Of a DNA stretch of 32,000 nt, positions 22,583 to 32,000 are shown piece by piece; within the stretch, counting starts at the first letter, position 1; each line of letters opens with the position of its first letter. Source of the DNA: Zygophlyctis sp. KS116 (taxonomy: Eukaryota; Fungi; Chytridiomycota); assembly GCA_054661495.1 (NCBI GenBank), contig BAAFSQ010000032.1:1-32000 (forward strand), given 5' to 3'. The notes below the pieces were generated by a model, which was not told the DNA's origin, searched no databases, and worked only from the letters and a program-made list of their open reading frames with translations. Made by a program: the position numbers and the translations under genes.

Positions 22583-24683
22583 TTAATCTTCTTCTGATGC
22601 GTTTTCGAGCCATTCTACTAATGGATATACTTTCTCCTTGATTAAAGTATAATTGCGGTCATCAGGCAATTTTATATACCATGAAACGATTGAATCTTCT
22701 TCTAAAACATCCGTCTCGTACAAACATTGAAGAATAACTATTAATATTTTTGCCTTGCCTTCATCTCTAAGACATTCAGTAGTTAGAATGTTTAAAATGT
22801 CCTTTTGATCATCCGCAGAATGTACAAAGCGGATAATGAGTGGTGACCAAGTGGTAAAAATCTAGCAATTAACATTGTAATAATTACCATTTTACAAGAT
22901 CCAATAGCCTTGTTATGATCAATTTGATTGAGGAAAAAAGGTAGCATTATACTCCTCAAGTCTTGAAAACTGATATTCATTGCCATTTTCAATGTGTTGA
23001 GCTCAAGACCGGCAATTTCAGGAGAATGACTCTCCTTGAATGCTCTTTCAAGAGTTTGCTGAACTTCACGGACCCATTCTTAAGTTTTAATCTATATCAA
23101 TTACCTATCTCCTCATCTGTATCAGTATATCCTGTCGTTTCTCCATTCTCGGAATCTTCAGAGACTGACGACGCCTTGACTCGCTCACCCGCTAAAACTT
23201 TAAAATATCAATATTATACCAATGCTTAGTCTTTTAAAGTCCAAGTCATCATCATCTGAATCGACTGCAAAGGGTAAAGTCACGTTGTCTGATGAGTACC
23301 ATTGACTATAATCTTCTAGAATTGTATTTGATTCAAGATAAACATTTGCAGCAATAATACATCCTTTTGGAACTTGAACAGACTCCTTCAAAGTAACATT
23401 ATTGGAAATTATGGATTGCTTTACTGTGCATCCATCACCTATAATGCAATCATCCATGATATGTGCCCCGTCCAGGAAAACATTTGCTCCTAAACGATTA
23501 ATCATTATAAATACCAATCAAAACATTTCTTCCAATTACAGAATCTTTAATTTTTGAATCTTTCCCTACATTAGACCCACTTCCAATTGTTGACTTTCCG
23601 CATAAAAAAGTCGAACTACAGCTTCATAAATCTGTATTACCTTGTCAGAGTCACATTTGAGTCTCTATAAGTATAAGGCAGAGAGAGTTTATATTTTGAA
23701 TTCCCAGTCCAATTAGAATCAGGCACAATTGGATAAGCCCACCTGGCCATAATATCTTTACTATTTCCTTAGGTGACAAACCATTACCTAACAAGATCAT
23801 AAACCAAGGGACAAGTAACTCTAGCAGCATACTTATCTGTTAAAACATGAGCATAAATAGTTTTTCCTAAAAGATCTGATTCCAAGACACCGCGAACAAA
23901 ATCTTTTCTAATATCTTGATAATCAAAGTTTTCAGTAAATAAAGCAGGAACTTCAATAGAACATATATCAATTCTACAATCCAACAAATCTATCCTAGCT
24001 TCTAATTCATCATTCTTATCAAAAACATCCAAATCTAAATTAAACCTAGTCTTTGAATGCCTCCCTTCCAATCCATGATAATAAACAATTTCACTAGTGT
24101 TACTATTCATTATAAATAGCGACTCATCCACATCTCCAGTAGAAAAAGACTGTGAACCATTACCCCCTTGCTTTAAAACCATTGTCATTATTGCGTTTTT
24201 ATCTAGTTCTTTTCTGGCCTTGTGCGCCTCAACTGCACTGGCAAGATCCATATTCGAGACAACATCTCCTAAAAATCAATCTTTTTAAAAAGTACCATTA
24301 ATAAGTATAAAATCTGAAGTCATTTTATTATCCAATTCCCTTAATACATCTCCCATTGATCTTAACTCTTTTGAGATGAGCACTGTAATTTTTGGCTGAG
24401 AAGGAGTGATCGCACTCCATTTTGAATTCCTAAAAATCAATAATAAATATTACATTATATAATCTTCTATCTTCTCTGCATGCGCACAGCAAACGATAAA
24501 AACCTCATGTACTTTAGCCACAGCACAGATTTCCAGTGAATAATCCAGCATTGGAACATTTAGCAATGGGATCAAGCATCTTGGCTTGTCCCTAGTAAGA
24601 GGCTGAAACCGACTATTGAAAGAATCTGCTACAATCACTGCCTGAAGAAGATCTTCCTGATCGACCAACTTGCTCTTGACCAT
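22583..24683 (-). CDS. GCD6: Translation initiation factor eIF2B epsilon subunit
   Basis: LQAVIVADSFNSRFQPLT, FTENFDYQD, RWAYPIVPD, hexapeptide repeats and a W2 domain ending EWLENASEED*. Introns 24430-24453, 24269-24295, 23761-23787, 23616-23640, 23490-23514, 23192-23219, 23079-23104 and 22862-22887. Confidence 0.95.
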
Positions 24684-24852
24684 GATAACAACCAACACAC
24701 AGACCTGATTCTGGACCATAAGTGCAATCAACGGCCGTTTTAGAGTTTGTTACTAGGTGACATGCAACGGGCATAATGAAAATTGCTGATCTTAATTTTT
24801 TAAAATTTTTTAAAAGTTTCTAACGACCAGTATATACTTTTAAAAAGGCAAA

Positions 24853-26397
24853 ATGAAAATTGGTGTTTTAGGCGGTGGAATTTCCGGCTTATCTACCGCT
24901 TATTTTCTTAATAAACAATTTCCTAAAGCCCAGATCCAGATTATAGAATCTTCACATTGGGGTGGATGGATAAAGTCTGTAAAGAGAAAAGATACTATTT
25001 TTGAGACTGGTCCGAGAACGCTAAGGCCAAGAGGTCTGCCTGGAGCATTTACACTTGATTTGGTGCAGGAGTTAGGTTTAGAAGCTAGGCTTTTAACCGT
25101 GCTCAAGTCTAGTGTTGCTGCGAAAAATAGATTTGTCTATTCTCAATCTCAATTACAGAAATTACCTTCTTCAATTCTAGGACTGATTTTAGAAAATCCA
25201 AAAATCTTACAAGGAATTCCAAAGGAAATTTTTTTGGAATTTTTTAACAGGAATCCAAGAAAAATTTGCGTGAAAGATGAATCTATTCAGACTTTTTTAG
25301 AAAGAAGATACGGACAGTAACTCTTTTTATATTTAAATATAGAAAAACTGCAAATTTAGCTTCTGCTATCATACATGGAATATATGCAGGAGATACTAAT
25401 GAGTTGTCGATTAAATCAACTCTTGGGGTTTTATCACAACTAGAAGATAAGTATGGGTCAGTAGGCCAGGGGGTTTTAAAGTCTATATTTAGCAGGGAAA
25501 AAGATGCAGAGAATGATTATTATAAAAAAGATTCACAGTTTGTAAAAGATGTTCAATCAAGGGCTTCTATCTACTCTTTTAAAGATGGGCTTCAAGAGCT
25601 TCCAGACAAAATGTTGGCTAATTTGGTTGAATCTTCAAATGTAAAGTTGATTCAAGATAAGTGTACTGATATAGTTTTTGAAGTGGATAATAGGCCTACG
25701 GTATTATTCTAAATAATACTCATTCAAGGTTATTACAGAAACAGGTCAGATTCAAGTAGATCATGTTATATCCGCACTACCTGCACATGTTCTTTCTGAT
25801 CTATTGTCAAAAGAGTTTCAGGAAATATCAAATATGTTGAAGACTATCCCTTCTGTTACAGTAGGAGTTGTAAATTTGGCATATCCCAGTTTTGTAAAGT
25901 TGCCGGTTTCTGGGTTTGGATATCTTATTCCAAAGTCAGAAAATAATAACGAGTCTATTTTAGGAACTATTTTTGATTCAGATGCAATGCCCTTTCAGTC
26001 GAAAATGCCCATGACCAGGCTAACTGTAATGATGGGTGGTTATCGTTTTAATTCTCTGTTTGGGGATCCTGACAAAGTCTCTCATGATCATTTACGTGAT
26101 GTGGCAATTAATGCGGTGAAGAAGCATCTTAAAATAACTTTTGATCCAATCGATACCCTTGTCAATGTTCATCACAAGTGTATCCCTCAATACACTGTGG
26201 GCCATCAACATAGGATGTCTATTCTTCATCACCTTTTGTCTGTTAATCACAAGGTAAGAAATCGACTCACTCTTGTTGGCGCTTCATATACCGGGGTTTC
26301 TGTAAACGACTGTGCATTTGAATCATTTAAATCGATTCAGAGATTTTCAAAGAATGGATTTAATAATGTTACAGGTCTAGAAAAATTCTTACATTGA
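24853..26397 (+). CDS. HEM14: Protoporphyrinogen oxidase
   Basis: GGGISGL, FETGPRTLRP, HGIYAGD, GFGYLIP, CIPQYTVGH and GVSVNDC. Introns 25317-25342 and 25701-25728. Confidence 0.95.
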
Positions 26398-26561
26398 TTT
26401 ATTCGTAATACTGTATTAGATCATTTTTGGTTAAGTGAAAAATACAATAGTCAAATCAATTCTGCATGGCTTGATATTATAAAGTACATCATTCTCTCAC
26501 TTTATTAAAATTATTAAACTGAGATCAAATCCTATGATTGGAATTATTGGCTTAATCGTAG

Positions 26562-28443
26562 CTAGGGAACGCTTTTGAGATCATCATCAAAACTGCTTGA
26601 TGTTTTCCAGTATTTTACAACTCTTGGAAGTTTCAGGCAGCTATTTGGTAATTCCGTTTGTTCAGTTTTATGTTTAATAAAAGTAGGCCATAGGGAAGCT
26701 GAAAGTACCCCAAGCTTTGGCTTTCCTTTATCATTTTCAATATTTAAACACAATTGATTGAAGCTGTTTGGAATGCTTTTCAGTGCATCATCAAATCGTG
26801 CTTTTGAAGTTTCTCTAGAAGATCCGAAGTCTTCAGCACTTCTTATATTAATATGCTCCCAAACTTTTGGCTGGGCTATTTCTGATAAATTGGGTACAGA
26901 ATAAGTGGATATAGAAGTTCCAGAATCGCTTGAAAACTGTAAAATTGATGGATCTTCTTCTAGAAAAGTAGTAAATTCCTTATCCTTTTCAGCCTTTGAC
27001 ATACTTTTCTGCTTGATGAAGGTTCTCGATGCATTTAAATCGAAAGTTTTCTGTATCAGAGAATCGGTTCTGGCCAATGATTTTTGCAGGAAATTGGATT
27101 CTAATCCAAGTCTATCATCAGCCATGACCGCCAAAGATTTCAAGAGATCCATCTCTTCCATAGACAGCTCTGCATTTCTTGAGCTATCTTGCCTGTTCAT
27201 CTTTGGCTTTTCTTCGTCTTCAATCTCTTTTGCTAGAGAATGCAGGATATCCCCCATGCTTGAATATTCGCCTGGAACGATTTGAATCTCGTGAAATGTT
27301 GGCCGTCTGCTTTTATTGAGTTGAGCTTGCGCCAATCTCAACGCGTTTGCTTTTGACATATCTTCGACTTCTGATTTCAAAGAAGAAATGTTCTGCCCTT
27401 TCATTGGAGTGACAATAAAAGAGTTTCGCTTCCCTTGAACCAATGTTTGTCGATTGGCAGAAGCATTAAGATCTTCAGTAATATTAACTTTTTCAATGTT
27501 TTCTTCAGTTTGATTTAAATGCGGTTTGATTTGATTATTTATTGCGTGAGAATCAACCTTGAATCCAATTGGCACGCCCATTGCATAATTTGCTTCTCCA
27601 GACATATATAAAGCTATCCTCTGACGATTCTTGACGGCGTTGGTATGAAGCTGTTTGATATATTCTTTTCTCTTGTCAATATTATGTGAATTATACTCGT
27701 TCGGCTAGATTTTAGGAAAAATCACAATTCACACCTTGCTTGACTCAATATCCTCAATCGGATGGGAGTACTTTTTTTGAAACTCGGAGAATGCATTCCA
27801 AGTTTTAAATATTTTGGTGACAGCATCTGATTCCTCTATTGACCTTTTACTTTTCCTGGCTTTTGATTGTGATACAACCTTGGAGATTTCAATCACAGCT
27901 GAATCGATTGAATTAATTTGTGGTTCAGTATGCTCTTGAATTTCTGGAACTGCTGGAATCGTTTCCAATACGCTGCTTTCCTGGTTAAGTTGGTATAAAG
28001 ATGGTAGATCACATAGGATATTACTGCCTTTTAAAGACTGATGCCCAGAAAGTATTCTACTGCCTCTTAGCGACTTTAATGAGTCCCAGGTTTCTCGATC
28101 AGTTGTGGTGGCCCATGTATCAGTTGATTTAGCTCTATTAAGATCATGATCAGGAACTATCGGTTTGTCCTTCTTTAATTTAGAGGCCTTTGGCTTCTTC
28201 TTTGCTTTCCCCTTGCAAATTATTTAATATCAGAATTACCTCTAGTTTTCTTTCCCATTTCTCACTTTCATAAGCAATCTTTTGCCTTTGCTTTGAAACG
28301 ATGGACTTTAAAAGAAGCAATCGGCTCCGTTTAAGTTCCTGTTCCTTCATCTCAATGTACCTAAATAGGCTTTCAGCTCTCAAACCTTTTTTATAAGATT
28401 CTGATTCCTTCAGATCATTTTTTTTAACTTGATTTGCCTTCAT
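26562..28443 (-). CDS. Hypothetical low-complexity/coiled-coil protein
   Basis: ATG at 28443; introns 28212-28239 and 27705-27734 join three ORFs in frame. No recognisable domain. Confidence 0.65.
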
Positions 28444-28490
28444 AATTGACGTAATCGGACACGAGTAACCACTCAATGAAACGGAGATTT

Positions 28491-30778
<2,288 letters not shown>

Positions 30779-30798
<20 letters not shown>

Positions 30799-31246
30799 AG
30801 AATGTTATGATTGCTGGTACGATTTGGAAAATAGCTCCAGAATTTTTAGCAAAATTGGAAGCCTCTGGAGTCTTGGAAATAGATGTTGGACCAGATTGTG
30901 TTGGAGTTTTAATCGCTGTTGCAGTTGATGGAAATTGTCTAGCAGCATCACAATAACTGCTTTGTGATTGTTTTGCACTACTTGCAACTGGATCTCCTGG
31001 ACAGAAAATGGAATAACAGCCTACAACTGAAGTAGCTTTTGAACAAAGACAAGAGAAGTATGCTGCTTGATCATTTTGTAAAGAAGCACAAGCACTGGCA
31101 ATGTCAACTGGCCCAACTTGTCCGCTTGGATCAGTTAGACTATCTCTGATACAAGCAGAAAATGCAGGCATATTGTTTCCAATGGAACAACTAGGTGCTT
31201 GAGCATAGACTGAAGCTAAGAGAATGGAGACGAAAAATAGTTGCAT
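30779..31246 (-). CDS. Small secreted 8-Cys (CFEM-like spacing) GPI-anchored protein (intronless)
   Basis: Signal peptide MQLFFVSILLASVYA, eight Cys including CxC, a Thr/Pro/Ser linker, NSG omega-like site and a hydrophobic tail. Confidence 0.75.
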
Positions 31247-31433
31247 TACGTATATCAAAGCACGTGGAGTAAACAAACAATTCTTAATATAGTTTTGAAG
31301 ATCAATCAGATTCAAAGGAGGGTTTTTAATTTAAGTTATCCATACTTCTAAAAATAAAAACTTGGTGTTTATTTTTAGTATAAATTACCCATAAGATCAT
31401 CCAAACCACATAAATTAAAATTCATCAGTAGGA

Positions 31434-32000
31434 ATGCATCGATCATTAGCCATAAGCATTAGCTTTCTTTCAGTCTTGATATTACTCATGTATAAATATA
31501 GAGAATGGAAAGAAAAACAGCATGAATTGTTATCATCCAACGCAATAAATCTGAATCCTCCTCCATTGGCGGCTTTCCTTGGTAATGATGCTGCAGATGA
31601 TCAAGTCCATTTTAGTTCATGGTGGATCTCAAACTATACTTTTCTCATTTACTTTTTAGTTCCATCTTCTATAATGCTCGGACTATTAAACATTTTGTTA
31701 TTTGTCATATCTAAAACTACTCAACCTGCTGTGATTATCTTGCATTGGCTGCTAACATTGACTATATTTAGGTTGAACAGTTGGATATTTACTCGAGGCC
31801 TTGGATGGGTGTATCCCAATCTTTACGTAAGTTCAACATTCTAAAAAACAGTTTCCAATGAGTGATCTAGAAAAGAGTATTGGGTATGGACCATTAATAG
31901 TAGGTCATCTCTTGATATCTTGTCTGGTACATAAAAAGGTTTTATTTTTACAAATCTCTTTTATTATTGCGATACAGTACTTTTCTGAAACTGGGGCATT
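31434..32000 (+). CDS. Hypothetical multi-pass membrane protein (3' partial)
   Basis: Hydrophobic ORF; the 25-nt intron 31827-31851 (GTAAGT...AAACAG) restores a frame that stays open to the end of the window. Confidence 0.65.

Overview
AT-rich, extremely compact eukaryotic genomic DNA, most consistent with an early-diverging (zoosporic/chytrid-like) fungus; the taxon is an inference from protein families. It holds about 22 protein-coding genes in 32 kb. The ORF track is fragmented because almost every gene is split by tiny spliceosomal introns. By hand-splicing I reconstructed about 70 introns: 68 are 23-31 nt, and two outliers are 55 and 83 nt. Recognisable genes: HMT1/ABCB6-type ABC transporter, fatty-acid-desaturase-family protein, aspartyl aminopeptidase (APE4), ABCD4-like transporter, GT31 galactosyltransferase, two tandem rhodaneses, ABC1/UbiB kinase, GTR1/RagA, UBC4, DUF2420 protein, GCP4, condensin YCS4/CND1, eIF2B-epsilon (GCD6), HEM14, glutathione reductase, a PTAR1-like prenyltransferase alpha subunit, two Cys-rich GPI-type secreted proteins and several hypothetical proteins. 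There are also two probable decayed relics, a gag-like zinc knuckle and a P-loop NTPase. The most unusual features are architectural: ultra-short introns with the branch site next to the acceptor, same-strand genes only 24-47 nt apart, convergent genes whose coding sequences overlap, a 39-nt head-to-head spacer, an oversized structured intron carrying an ACGCGT element in the condensin gene, and a possible splice-mediated fusion of the two rhodaneses. No rRNA, tRNA or CRISPR array was recognised. All intron coordinates are manual predictions.
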